A DNA stretch of 64,000 bases. Source: Tubulanus polymorphus (Eukaryota > Animalia > Nemertea). Under the pieces are notes generated by a model that was given only the letters and a program-made list of their open reading frames with translations, was not told the DNA's origin and searched no databases. The stretch spans positions 31,352,299 through 31,416,298 of the forward strand of contig NC_134025.1 in NCBI RefSeq assembly GCF_964204645.1, in the 5' to 3' direction. The position numbers were made by a program, and so were the translations under genes. This document shows, piece after piece, positions 40,063 to 55,000 of the stretch. Numbering within the stretch: the stretch's first letter is position 1; each line of letters starts with the position of its first letter.

Positions 40063-43000
40063 ATTATGATTAAGGTGGTAGATGTGATAATAGGTCTTAT
40101 TGCTGCAAGTCTTTACATATATAACTACAGGATTCTTACTGATCAAGAAAAATCCGTCCATTCTGACTTTATTCTTTAAAATCCGGAAATTTGAATTTTT
40201 GGTGTTTTTGCTGGTGACGGGTGACACAAGGAACCTCTTGTGAGAAACAGCCCTCACTGAGGATATCTTATAATTTAATCAGGGAATTTGAATTGTTGGT
40301 GTTTTTGATGTTGTTGCTGGTGACGGACGACACAAGGAACCTCTTGTGAGAAACAGACCTAACTGGGGATATCTTATAATTCAATCAGGGAATTTCATAT
40401 TTTCAATGTCTCGTTTTTGTTGGTGACGAGTGACACATGGAACCTTTTGATAAAAGTTCCACGCTATCCCCACTGAGGATATCTATCATAATTTAATCAG
40501 GGAGTTTTTTGTCAAGGGTCGGGGAAACATCAGGACGATATGTGGGAATCTAGGATTCAGTGATCTATAAGAATCCTGTCTAACATGTATATTTAATAAT
40601 CTGCTATCTGATTGTCTGACAATGCTTGTTCTCACCGACTCTTTCTCACAGGCCGAACGTACAAACGAAGAATTCTACCGGGACGTAATACAGGTTGGTG
40701 CCGGGACCCCGCCACGTGCTCCCCCTCCCCCCTCGCTCATAAGCTGCTCGTGCATGATGAACTGCTTGCATGTGCTGCATGTTTCTTTATTCGCTATCGA
40801 CACCCGGGCTAAAACCTACTCTTACTTGCCAGGGTCTGTCTCTCTGGATGATAGTGATTTTTATTACTGAATTATTTTTAGTTTTTTTACTGATTAAACC
40901 TGATGATTGATTTTGCGGTGGACCTGGTTCAGCAGTGGCTCTCGAGTCAAAATAGTTATTTCCAATGTTGCATATTTGATTCGAGAACTATTGAACCAGG
41001 TCCTGGTGTTTACGTAGAACCTTTTTGCCAAAAAAAGAATTGGTAAAATATCAAGACTTGATTGAGCTTTTATTCGATTCAAATTCAATGAGTTCTGAAT
41101 CACGAGAGTTTTTAAAACTGGCTCCAAGGTTTTTACTCTTCGGAAAAATTTCAAATCTAGAAATAAGAAAAGAAATTCACAGTTTGCTTTAAACTGGTTG
41201 AATTTTCTTTTCTTGATTTGCTGGAATGTTGAGAGGAAGGGGAGAGAGACTGTCTCTCATTCTGAAACAGTCTCTCAATTTCATTCTCTAAATATACAAA
41301 TCAAATAAATCAAATATTCGAATTACGGTAAAAGGGATTTATTTAATTGATTTGATTGATGATTGATTTTTTAAATGTTTTTCATTACAAATGTTAATTG
41401 TTATTTAGATTAAATATTCTTCTATTAATTGCATGCATTAAAATGATATTCATTGCGGGATAATGAATGATGTCTTTATCTGTCGGATTCAGATTCCAAA
41501 CGTACTGTTTAACACACAGATAAAGATGTCATTTGATTCAGTTTCCATTCTGTTAATTATTAATGATCATAGTTTTGATTTTCTGATGAAACCCAGTTTC
41601 ATATTAGAATTTTCTGTAACTAACACAGATATTCACGATCCAGTTCCACATTTATAAGAATTGAATTAGATTTTAGAGTTAAAACATTTAAAGTATGAAC
41701 TGATTTTAAGAATTAACTGTGAAACTGGATCCAGGTAGTTTTAATAGAATAGTTAGTGATTATTAGAACATATCAGGCAACATTTTAGAAATGATCTCTT
41801 CACGTTGATTCTATGAGTTACTGCCTCTATTCATTTGATTTAAGGTTGGTTGAATTTTTTACCTATTGAGAAAATCCTGATGCTATAAGTTGTTCTTAAA
41901 AGCATCATCTCCGAGATCTCGGATAAATGAAGACTTGACTTGCGATGTCCTATCCTCCCCGCAGTTCACAGGATATCTGAGAGACATTCTTACCATTGTA
42001 CAATACACTGAAAATCACATCCATGACATGACACTAATTCTGTCAGAGCATCAAGTTTAAATTCTACCTAATAAATTGCTCGATTACTCGAATAGACCTA
42101 AACACATTTCTGACTGCGGAAATGAATCTATTAGACATTACTATACCTGACAAGATGGGGATCCAAATCAGTTATTTGCCATTAGAATAATTGAGAAATT
42201 CCAGTTCACAACCGTTGAAGCTGTACTCGTAGATTTGTGGTTTCATAAATACTGCCATGTGTGACATTGATTAGGTTTTTATTCTCTGTTAGTAAAACTT
42301 TTAATCCTTTTTAAAAACCCATTTGGAGGCTTCTATTTTTGAAACCTTTTTGCGGTATGACGTCATTCTAACTCTACCATTTGGAATGTTCTATTTTCAC
42401 TTCAAGATCCGGGTGGGGGGCGGGGGAGAATAACTGACCCTCCCTTTACGTCATCAAAAAACTTGTCGTGACGATGAAGGATTGAGTTTTGGAAATTAGG
42501 TTCTAATATTTATGACCTGAATATCAATGAAACATTAAGGAGTGTAGGTTAACAGTCAGTAATATACATCACACATATACACAATCACACGATTGTAGAC
42601 TAGGTGATAATTACAGCACTGCCCTGCTCCTGCTGCTCCTGCTGCTCCTGCTGCTCCTGCTGCTGTTACTGCTAAATATGTATTTTTATTAGATGTTGAT
42701 AAAATAGTCGAGAGAGATACCGGCAAAAAAATATTGTATAGATTTTTATATGAATTGAAGTGTAGCATGTGAGGAGAGTTGAAGCTGGTTTGAGTGATTC
42801 CAGGAATCACCGATGATGTCATTGCTCTCGTCTGTATCACTGAAACTCTGCTGGGTGTTCCATGAGACTAATAAAGCTTGCCGTGGTTGCAACTTAAGAC
42901 CAGTCTAAGCTGATTTTGGTCCTATAGCCAATCTCACAGCTTAAGACCGGTCTAAGCTGATTTTGATTCAATAGATAATCTTACATCTTAAGAACAGTGT

Positions 43001-46000
43001 AGACAGTCTGATGTCACAGCTGTGTGAACTGGTCCCTTGATATCAGTGCTCGGTGTCCTGTCACAGATATTACTGGTATGTGACTCCTCTCCTACAACAC
43101 CAGCACAAACAGCCCCCCTCAATGATCTCTCTTACAACACCAGCACAAACAGCCCCCCTCAATGATCTCTCCTACAACACCAGCACAAACAGCCCCCCTC
43201 AATGATCTCTCCTACAACACCAGCACAAACAGCCCCCCTCAATGATCTCTCTTACAACACCAGCACAAACAGCCCCCCTCAATGATCTCTCTTACAACAC
43301 CAGCACAAACAGCCCCCCTCAATGATCTCTCCTACAACACCAGCACAAACAGCCCCCCTCAATGATCTCTCTTACAACACCAGCACAAACAGCCCCCCTC
43401 AATGATCTCTCCTACAACACCAGCACAAACAGCCCCCCTTCCGTGATGTCTAATTACTAGCATACTCTACTGTCTGTCTATATGTTTGGATTATTGGATA
43501 ATCATGAGACAAATATTCATCAGAAATGTTATTACATATTCAGTAAATAGATAACGAATTATTAAAAATAACGCGCATCAAACTTATGGGTCACTAGTCT
43601 GACTGTCTGTCAGCGTCTGTCTGTCTGATAGGGTCTGTCTGTCTCTCAGTGTCTGTCAGCGTCTGTCAGGGGCAGTGAATGATTCCCAGTATCAGCCTGT
43701 CAGTGTCTGTCAGGGGCAGTGAATGAATCCCACTGTCAGTCTGTCAGTGTCTGTCTGTAAGGGGCAGTGGATGATAAGTCTTGGTATCAGTTGATCAGGG
43801 GATGTTGTAATTGTTGTTATTCATGTCAACCTTTGATAAACCCAATTTCTTCAGTTACAATCTACTGTTAATTTGATTGACAGCTAATCAACCGATAAAA
43901 CGCCAATACGCCAATTAGGTTGTAAGTGGTTTTCCTGTATTTCAGTAGTTCATTGATAAATCATTTCCTGAACTCATTGATAATCAGTCTCCAATCATTC
44001 AAACTTTAACTACATTACTCGAGACCAAGTTGCATAAATGAAGGCTTAGTTCAAGACAAGTTGAGGCTCATTTTGAATCTAACCAGTCGTGACCTTTGAG
44101 TGGTCCGTGCTGACTGATTCACCGCTATGTGCCCGGAGATGTAAGAAGCTGAGATCTCGTCTATTATAGATGTGATAAATCTATGATAGTTTGGCCTGGA
44201 TTTTTTGCAATGAGTCAATAGCGTTTTTATCAGTTGATGACAGGATGTTGTTGAACTTTGTATCGTATCCTTATCCTTATCCCTATCCTGTGTTATTCAC
44301 TGATACATATATATATATACCTGAATTCTTCGATATTATCTGCTGACTGAAACATGAACCCAGCCCGGGTCTGACTGCTGCTAAACCTATCTACCTGGTT
44401 TAAATGGGTTTATTGTGTCAGACAGATAGACAGCTCCCAGTAGAACATTGATTTATTCAGTTAGTGTGTGTTGGAGAACCAGTAATCAAATTACTACAAT
44501 TCAATCATATATTTGTCAATACCTGTCTAACAAACATGAAATAAACAATGTTTCAATCCCCGAGAATATCATCCCTATTATCTCAATAGCCAAGAATCTG
44601 AACTCTGCAATCTCAATAGCCAAGAATCTCAACTCTACAATCTCAATAGCCAAGAATCTGAACTTTACAATATCAATATTAGAGAATCTCAACTCTACAA
44701 TATCAATATTAGAGAATCTTAACTCTACAATCTCAATATGAGAGAATATGAATGTGTTATCACTACTCATTATTGTGTGTAGTTGATTTCAATCAGTATT
44801 TGTTACAATAGTTAGTCGTCAATTTCTGAATAAATATTGATTTCAATATTTAAGAATTTGACTAATTCTATAACATTGTCTCACAATAATCAATTACAGA
44901 ACATACAGTTACCATGGGAATATATGTTGGATCAGGTACTATGAGGGGGCAAGGTCAACTGCTGGATCAGGATCAGGTACTATGAGGGGGAGGGTCAGCT
45001 GCTGGATCAGGATCAGGTACGGTGAGGGGGAGGGTCAGCTGCTGGATCAGGCTCAGGTACTGTGAGGGGGAGGGTCAGCTGCTGGATCAGGATCAGGTAC
45101 TGCGAGGGGGAGGGTCAGCGCTGTGGGGGTGTTTAAAGTGAAACTCGGTGTAGTTGGAGCCAAGATCATTATGTGACGACTTATCAAAATGATGTGAGAT
45201 GACGACTTACACTTAGTAAACTGATTTAGACACAAATAGAGATTTATATTCTTGTATCTCACGTGTTAGAAGATCGTTTTGCACTGATTTCACTGATAAA
45301 ATGTGGAGAGAAATCTATAAATTGTTGCCTGATTTGTAGTTGTTATATAGGTTCCTCGTCGAGAGATGCATGTATTCTATCATAGTCAGTAGTTTATATT
45401 GTTTATTTGCATGTATCATGAAGCTGTGGGTTTCAACTATTCAACTATCGACCTTTCTTAAACCGGATACAAACTTTAGAACCGGGTCTAACTCCCGAGA
45501 TCATGGGCTCAGTTCTACAGTCGCGACCAGTCTAAGCTCATTTTAGTTCTATAACCAATCTGGCAACTTAAGACCAGTCTAAGCTCATTTTGGTTCTATA
45601 ACCAATCTGGCAACTTAAGACCAGTCTAAGCTCATTCTGATTCAATACCAATCTGGCAACTTAAGACCAGTCTAAGCTCATTTTAGTTCTATAACCAATC
45701 TAACAACTTACGACCAGTCTAAGCTCATTTTAGTTCTATAACCAATCTGTCAACTTAAGACCAGTCTTATGAATGATTTAAAACCACTTTATGGAATGAA
45801 TAGTGAGTCCTGACTTTGATGTAACTGGGCCCAGTGTCCGTTAGTCTCGGTAAACTCTTTCCCGACTATAGATAGAATTAGATACAAACAAATATCGATT
45901 TGATGATTTAATGAAAGATGTTGTTTATTTTATATCTGTAGGTCCTGATATCTCATTTCACTGTTATCCGAATCAGTTTCAATGTTTGGGTTTGAGGAAA

Positions 46001-49000
46001 TGTATAGAGTTAACTCAGTTATGCGATGGTTATAAAGATTGTCCTGATGGTGAAGATGAGGGATATCATTGCAGTAAGTGTTAACGCAGTCTGAATACAG
46101 TATTAGCCTCTACTCGACTCAGACAATCTACAACTGCAGCAACATCAGGAAACTATTTCCTATTTGTCTGAGTTAGGTGACATTTACTGCTGCGAACTAA
46201 CTCTGGGGGCGAACTCTTTTATCAGATCGGAGATTCCGTTTGCCTCCAATCGTTCTCTTTTATTGGCCACGTGACTTTTTGGATTCTCCGAAACCTCCTT
46301 TCTGTCGAGGTGGTGGGAGATTTCTGACGGAGATTTCGGAGGTCATAAAAGAGTACGCCCCTGGTTACCTACAGGACGCGGGCAAAATCAATCCGAGTTC
46401 AGTCTAAATTTCCAAGTCGAGGATTTGAACAAAGTAGAATTGGAAGTCAAAAGATTATTTAGTTTTCAGAGCTGGGAGTTGGGTTTATCCGAGTCAGGCA
46501 AGGTTTGCTGTAAAATGAAGAAAAAGACCGCATGATTTCACTAGTAATTATCTATTGCGCGTAATTACAGGATCATTTAACAGAGATTGTGAGAAGAAGA
46601 ACTGTCCAGGTCGATGTCGGAATTCACCGATGGGAGCGGTATGTCTGTGTCCAGGAATACAGTCCTATAATGAAACTAGTAAACAATGTGAAGGTATTGA
46701 TATTTATCATCGAATGATCGTTAAACTGGAGCTGTTTGATACAAATACAGTTGTTATACACCAATATAATGAATTATCACACAATTGATGATATTTGAAA
46801 GTTTATTTATCCGATAGTTTCGAGAATTATCTATTTCTGGTTTCCAAGGAAGTGATAATGAATGTGATGTTTAAAAACATATCATGAAAATGACGTTTAT
46901 TACTGTTTGGTTCAGATAAATCTCATTTTAGACAGTCAGTAATAAAACTGTTTGCATGAAGATGCAATTTTGATAAATCTTGAAACTGTCCGATTGATAC
47001 ACTTTCGATATCATCAATTATTCGAATATTGATAATCAGTTCTACACTGAGATTATGAATGATGTGTTTTGATATATTTCAGTATTTGATATATGTAAAT
47101 ATGAGAGAGTTTGTGATCAGACCTGTCAATCAAACGATACTGGTTATAACTGTTCCTGTGTTAATGGATATTCATTAGACTCAAACAACGTCTGCAGAGC
47201 TCATGATGGTTAGTTACCCAATAACTAACTTACATTGTAACAAAATTATTTAGCTGAACTTACAATGTAACTAATGGTTGTAGGCCTAATTAAGTCCACT
47301 TTGTGACAAACTCTTCTAAGGAGTGTACATTGTTACAAACAGTGTGAGTACAAACTGTGTTGGCTGTAACCAAACTCATATGATACATGTAGTGTAGTGT
47401 ACATTGTAACCAAACTAAAGAATGCAAAAAATGCATCACACTATTCAAAATTGTCTCATCTCATTTCCATATTTCATTATCGTAAATTTGTGTCTAATGA
47501 ATGCAAATGTGATTGAATTATGTTGTGTTTTTCAGCTCCGTCTAAATTGACGATGCTCGTCGTTGCGAATAAAAATCATATTAAATTCTTCGATTTAAAG
47601 AATAAAGACAACAAAGTGGATGCAATCAGTGTGAAAAAACCGGTTTATGTGATAGAATTCGTGCATCGGTTGGGTCTCATCTGTTGGGTACGTTTGAAAT
47701 AGGTCAAAGATAACCATTGATGGAACGCCACTCCGAGTGCATGTCATAAAGATGATAAAAATCCTATAATGAAAATGAAAAATAGAGTCTGAAATGTCTT
47801 CTTGAGCTAGCACGAGTATTCAATATAACTATACAAATAGCATCTTCAGGAATACTGTATTCCTTGAGCTAGTGTAGTTTATTCAACGTTTCCACTATAT
47901 CCTTATAGTCATCTTCAGGAATACTGTATTCCTTGAGCTAGTGTAGTTTATTCAACGTTTCCACTATATCCTAATAGTCATCTTCAGGAATACTGTATTC
48001 CTTGAGCTAGTAGTTTATTCAACGTTTCGACTATATCCTTATAGTCATCTTCAGGAATACTGTATTCCTTGAACTAGTGTAGTTTATTCAACGTTTCCAC
48101 TATATCCTTATAGTCATCTTCAGGAATACTGTATTCCTTGAGCTAGTGTAGTTCATTCAACGTTTCCACTATATCCTTATAGTCATCTTCAGGAATACTG
48201 TATTCCTTGAGCTAGTGTAGTTTATTCAACGTTTCGACTATATCCTAATAGTCATCTTCAGGAATACTGTATTCATTGAGCTAGTGTAGTTTATTCAACG
48301 TTTCCACTATATCCTTATAGTCATCTTCAGGAATACTGTATTCCTTGAGCTAGTGTAGTTTATTCAACGTTTCGACTATATCCAAATAGTCATCTTCAGA
48401 AATACTAAACAAAAAAATTATGAGACATAAATACAGTCCAGAACAAAAGGACTAATTAAGTAACAATATGTGAAAGAGTCATATACAAGATAAAAACAGT
48501 TACAAACTCAACTGATTTAAGGCAGAGCAAACTGTAAGGGGTGTTAAAGCAGAACGTATCGGGTGTTAGATGATTGGAAATATTTAGAACTCTATCTAAT
48601 CCTAGGTTTTATATTATGTTATACATTAGATTAATTTGAGTTGATTAAAGTATTTGCAATTCTTTTTTTTTAGATCGATAATGAGAATTTAATGTGCAGG
48701 AAACAAAGAGGTTCCTCAGAACCAGTACACGTTAAACTTACGCGTAGTCTGAAATGTAAGTCAGTTAGAATTTTGTTCATAAAGGTCTGACTTGGGTGGA
48801 GTCTACCGTGCACCATCCAACTCAGTCAAGTCAAAAGATCCGACTTGAGCAGAGTCTACTGTGTCATCTAACTCAGATCAAGTCTAGCGAAGTTAACTGT
48901 ATTTGTAAATGTATAAGTTGTCTATTTTTTTAGCGGTTGAGCACATGGCTTTTGATTGGATAGCTTTAAACTGGTATTTCACTGATTCTCAGAATAAACG

Positions 49001-52000
49001 TATATTCATGTGTCACACAACATCAGATCAATTAAACGGGCGAAATGAAACTGCGATCGGTTTCTGTAAAGTCATCATTAATCAACATTTCCGCAGCCCA
49101 AAGAGTATCGTAGTTGATCCTAATGAGGGGTGAGTTATTCATAATTACATCAGGAACAGAGTTTTACTGTTCTGAGTTCACAATTAGTTCAACGGTTCTC
49201 CAGAACTGTAGAACTGAGTCCAACTGTGGAACTGGGTCCAGAACAGTGGAACTGGACTTTGAACTGTGGAATTCAGAATTCAGTTAATGTATGAATATGT
49301 TTGAATTGTAGGTATATATTTTATATCGACGGAGCAGAACGAGCTCGTATTGATCAAGCGTTACTGGACGGCTCGGGCAGACGGACGATCGTTAAACTGA
49401 ATATCGTACGCCCGAATGGTTTAACTCTAGATTACGCTAATAGATATATCTACTGGTTGGATACGTACGGTAATCACATCAGTCGTATTGATTACCACGC
49501 GAGACGTAGGGTGGAAATTACTTCAGGATATTCTGTAAGTATTCATTCTGAAAAGTTGATGATTCAATGAGAAAATTGAACTTGAGGAGGAGGGAAATCT
49601 CTACGAGCCATTACAGTTTGGTTGTTCCAACTCAACCCTCCGTAGATATTATAGCCAGGTTTGAAGGCTTGTTTCCTGATTAAGGACCCCTTATCCCCTG
49701 TGGAGCGAGGCTACAGAAGAACCTTCGACCAAGTAACAGCTATCACAAAGATTAGAACCCACAAACCCAGGATTGATGAGACTGATGTATATGAAAGACT
49801 GATTAGTCACTACACTTCTCAAAATACACTGCACCTGGGTCTACATCTGAGTCTGTGTTACCTAGGTCTGCATCTGCCTGTGATGCATCCCCTGGAGTCT
49901 GCATCTGTGTGTAAGGCATCACCTGAGGTTTTGTTATAATGAGTTATGTTTGTTATTTAAGGTGATACATGCGACCGGACTGACGTATTTTGAAGACAGC
50001 GTTTACGCTGCGAGTAAAAACAACGGAACTGTCGTTAAAATGTCGCGGTTCGACCATTCACGAAATCCTCCTAAACCGATCCTGAAAGATTTAGACAATC
50101 CTGGTGGAATATTCATTTACAATCGACAGAGACAGCCCAGTAAACGTAAGTTTGATTTATAGTAGAATTCTGTTTAGTTAGCAATAATGCCATCATCAGA
50201 CCTTAGCCATTTCAACACCTGATGGAGTTTTTGGTATTTTCCCCAAGTGTCAAAGACTGACTAAACAGTTAAGGATGGTTAGTTCAATTTAAGTTATAAA
50301 CATCATAAATTTTCTATAGATTGCTCAGTCAGGCAGATTTGAAATATAAGTCAAACTTGTTTAGGTCGTCATCTGATAAGTCGTCCCATTGCTGAAGTCA
50401 TCTCTATTTTTGAGTCTGAATTATTAGGCCTATTTCTAATTTGATTTACTAAGTGTAATTGTCTTTACTACGACAACATAAGCCATGAGTTCCACTGTAT
50501 GACTAACTAGGTCTACAGTCTTAGCTTTTGATTAGGAAAGTAATTCATGTTTTCTTTATTTGTTTATGAAGTGAAAGGACAACAGTTGAATCAATGCGGG
50601 AATCATAACGGTAATTGTGATCAGATTTGTACGTTTGTGCCGTTTGCGGAGCAGAAAGTACGTTGTCTGTGTCAAGAGGGTTATACATTCACTGCAGGAA
50701 AAGGTTGTTTACGTAAGTATAATACTGAAAACCAGTCTGTTCATTATCTTAAGAAAACTATCATATGTCAGTCAGTTTCGTTAAAGCAAGTTTGTATTGT
50801 ATCCAAATAATCATATCTAGGAATAATAATAATTGCCTTATACCTTACACTAGTATCGCTGAAGATGTCTGCTAGGATTAAGTCAAAACTTTGAATAATT
50901 ACTAGGGAATCATTCATTCATTTATTACGTACGCATAGAATTTGAATTTTCCAACCCCCCCCCCCCCCCCTGTACGCAAAATCGGCCATTTTTTCATATA
51001 CATTAAGCATTAAAGTACGCAATTGCACTGACCCCCTCCCCTCCCATAATGCGTACGTAATAAATCAATAATTACAAGCTCAAGGAAACTTTCTGGACAG
51101 TTTTTAATCTGAATATGGGATTTTATAATATTCTAACAAGACAATTCGTTTGAGTGTTTCATCGATGGAGTTCTGAATTCTACTGAATCATGATAAACAC
51201 ATTTTGATAATTCAAGTGAATGTTTGTTTTTAATTTCAGTGAATAATCCGTCTAAGATGTTACTATTCAGTACATCACGTACAAACACGAGAACCGGAAC
51301 AATCCGCGGAGTTTCACTCGATAAACCGAAACAAGATGTCATCTTCCCGATCGAAGATTTATCCGGTACCGTCGCTATCGGTTACCACGCTGCCGATGAA
51401 TATATTTATTATTGCGTACATTCGAAGTCGTGGATCGGACGACGTAAAGTGGACGGAACTAATCGCACGGATCACTTTATAGATACCGGTAAAACACAGT
51501 TCAGGATTCTCTTTTTCACAGAATCATAATCGTTCTTACAGAGAAGGGGAAATCAGGGAATTCTGACTCATTTCTTGAAAATCAGGGAAAGTCAGGGGAT
51601 TTTTGTTTGTTCTTGCTGGTGACAAGTGACACAAGGGACCTTTTGATAAGAAACCGCCTCCACTGAAGATATTTTGAGGATATCTTATAATTTAATCAGG
51701 GAATTTGAATTTTTGATGCCATGTTGTTCTTGCTGGTAACGAGTGGCAGAAAGAACCTCTTGATAAGAAACAGCCCTCACTGGAAATAACTTATAATATG
51801 ATCAGGGAGTTTATGCCAAGAGTTAGGGACATATTATTGATCCGAAAGATTTCTGATTGATTACGTAAGTGATATATATATATATGTATATTGTATAGGT
51901 GAAGGTAACTGTGAAGGTATAGCTATCGATTGGATTGGAAGGAACGTTTACTGGACTGATGAATCTCAAGGTGCTATTAGAGTTGCTCGAATTGATAAAC

Positions 52001-55000
52001 CAACTTATCATTCTACAATTGTTAGTAATCAAAGTCATCCGAGGTCAATAGTATTAGATCCTGTAAATGGGTATGTATCATTCACTCGTGTATACGACTC
52101 CCAAACCCAGTTCCACAGTCTGGACTTCTATCCAAAACTTCAGTCTTAACTCTTAAGACTGGTCTTAAGTTTTTAGATTGGTTACAGAACCAAAATGGGC
52201 TTGGACGTATGTTTAAGTTATTAGATTGGCTACTTTTCAACTAAGATGGACCGAAGTCTTAACCTTGAAAGTGCATCTAACTCTTGGACCGAGTTCCACA
52301 GTTCTTTGAAAATCAGTTGACTTTCAAATGGTTTAAACTCTTGGGCCCGGTTTCATAGACTGAGTACCAAACTTATCCCTAGGGGTAAATCCTCAATCTG
52401 GGTGACAACCACCGTAGTAACAATGAGAAACCATGGATATAACTGACAAATTTCAAATCATCCCCAGGGACTATTTTTCTTCCATATCTATGAAACCCAG
52501 CAATGGAATTACAAACTTAACCTGTGGAACAGGGTCCTCCTGGTTTCTGCCTTCCCTAACATCCATCAGTTTGAATTTCAATGCTGTATTGTTATTTTTT
52601 CATCGTAAAGTCATATGTTTTGGGCCGATTGGACTGAAAACGCCTTCACTCAACGAACAGTCGCTAAAATAATGAAGGCAAACATGGACGGAACTGGAAT
52701 CATAGAATTGATCAGCGGAGGAGGTGAACATAAACTACAATGGCCGAACGGACTTACCTTGTACAGAGATAATTTATACTGGTGCGATGCATTGTTTAAT
52801 CACATCGTTAGATTAAACATCACTAAATCTACAAATTTACAGGTAATTATTATAACCCGGTCTGAGACTTCTAAAACTCAAGATCCAGATCCGTAGTTTG
52901 TGGCTTAGTTTCAAATCCATACAGTTAGAGTTATGTAATTTTACAGTCGAATTCTTACCTATATCTCCAGAACACAGTAATGGATTGCATGAAAAAATGT
53001 TTAATTTGATTATACCCCAAGCTCTGACTCAAAAACTAAAAACTGATGCTCAATTCGATTCATGATTTCATTTCATGATTTCAATCTTGAAGCTCATTTT
53101 GGTCCTTTAAATGATACTCAAACAAGACTCCTCTGGTTGTTCAATGATTGACTACCGGTATTTCAATTCATTGACATAGTAACAACTTAAATCAGGGAAA
53201 CCCTTCTGAAGCAGAAAATTCAGACCCAAATATAAACTTTAAACAAGAAAAACCAGCTTCAAGTGTAAACTTTATAGCAGAATTAGACGAGAAGATACAC
53301 AATATCCGTGTATGATGATGACGAGAGAAATCCCACAATAACAAAGCCAGAATAGTACGCCTGATGATGGCTAACAGGAGTACGCCTGATGATAGCTAAC
53401 AGTTGTACGCCTGATGATGGCTAACAGGAGTACGCCTGATGATAGCTAACAGTTGTACGCCTGATGATGGCTAACAGGAGTACGCCTGATGATAGCTAAC
53501 AGTTGTACGCCTGATGATGGCTAACAGGAGTACACCTGATGATGGCTAACAGGAGTACGCCTGATGATAGCTAACAGTTGTACGCCTGATGATGACTAAC
53601 AGGAGTACGCCTGATGATGGCTAACAGGAGTACTCCTGATGATGGCTAACAGGAGTACTCCTGATGATGGCTAACAGGAGTACGCCTGATGATGGCTAAC
53701 AGTTGTTAGCCGAAACGTCGCTCCTCAAATATAATCAGTCTGATATAGAATTTCTCAATTTTGGCTTCGTTATTGTGGGATTTCTCTCGTTAATAGCAGA
53801 AAACCCGGCCCGGAGTAGTAGTGGAATAAAGTGTAATCTAATGTTGTATTGTAGTTGATCACTAAGATAGTGAAACATCCGTTTGGTCTGGCGATCGATG
53901 GTAATGATATTTACTGGACCGAGTTTAGTCACATAATGCGAGAACCGATGAATAAAACAAACAGTTCAAAAACTCTCCCGATTTTCATGGATCGTTCTGG
54001 ACTTTTTGATTTACGATTATACGACAAGAAACAACAGACAGGTAACGATTCGGGAAATCCGCGAAAATCAAGAGAATTCTTGATTTAATCTTCCCAGGGA
54101 CTTTTGACTTTTCTGGGAAATCAAGGAATTATAATTGTTGGTGTCTTGTTGGTTCTTAATGGAATATATTCTTCCCAGGGACTTGTGACTTTGTGGGAAA
54201 TCAGTGAAAAATCAAGGAATTATAATTTTTGGTGTCTTGTTGTTTTTAATGGAATATTTGAATATTTCTTTAAGGATCGAATGGTTGTAGTGATGTTAAT
54301 CGATGTTCAGATATTTGTCTGGCCGCGTCTGCTACAAGCGTAACGTGTAAATGTGCAGATGGAAATAAACTGATCGATTCTTCTGATTCAACTAAATGTA
54401 AAGGTAAGAAATTTATTGGAAAACTGAAAAAATCGCGATCTGGACCCAGTTCTCCGAACAGTTAAATTACATGTAGTTCATTTCTAGATTTGCAATTCCA
54501 CAGATCTCATAACTTTAGGTCTAATTCGAATGTCGTAAAACCCTAGAATCAAATCTACAAATTCACAACTGAAGAATATCAACCGATCAGACCCCTAGCT
54601 ACCAACCCCTTTACTACCAACCTTCCAATCATCTGGGCCCGGTTTCATAGACTGGGTATCAAAGTTATCCCTAGGAGGTAAATCCTCAATTTGGGTGACA
54701 ACCACCATAGTTACAATGAGAAACCATGGTTATAACTGACGAATTATAAAATATTCCCAGGGACTATTTTTCTTCCACATCTATGAAACCCAGCCCTAGT
54801 GTGGTTCTCCCTGGGTCCTGATTCATGATGATTCTAATTCTGTTGCATTCACTATCAGGCCACCAGGCCACGCTGCTGGTGGGTTAGCCTTGGGAAACTA
54901 AGATGTGAACGACGTCACGCATCATAAGCAAACATCATATACTTCATGTGTGTCGTGCAAAGATAACTGGATCCAGTTCTACAACTGTGGAACTGGGTAC

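Noticed and set aside
43087-48405. Regular arrays that could be mistaken for CRISPR
   Set aside because: The units are contiguous with no unique spacers, there are no cas genes, and the context is eukaryotic introns.
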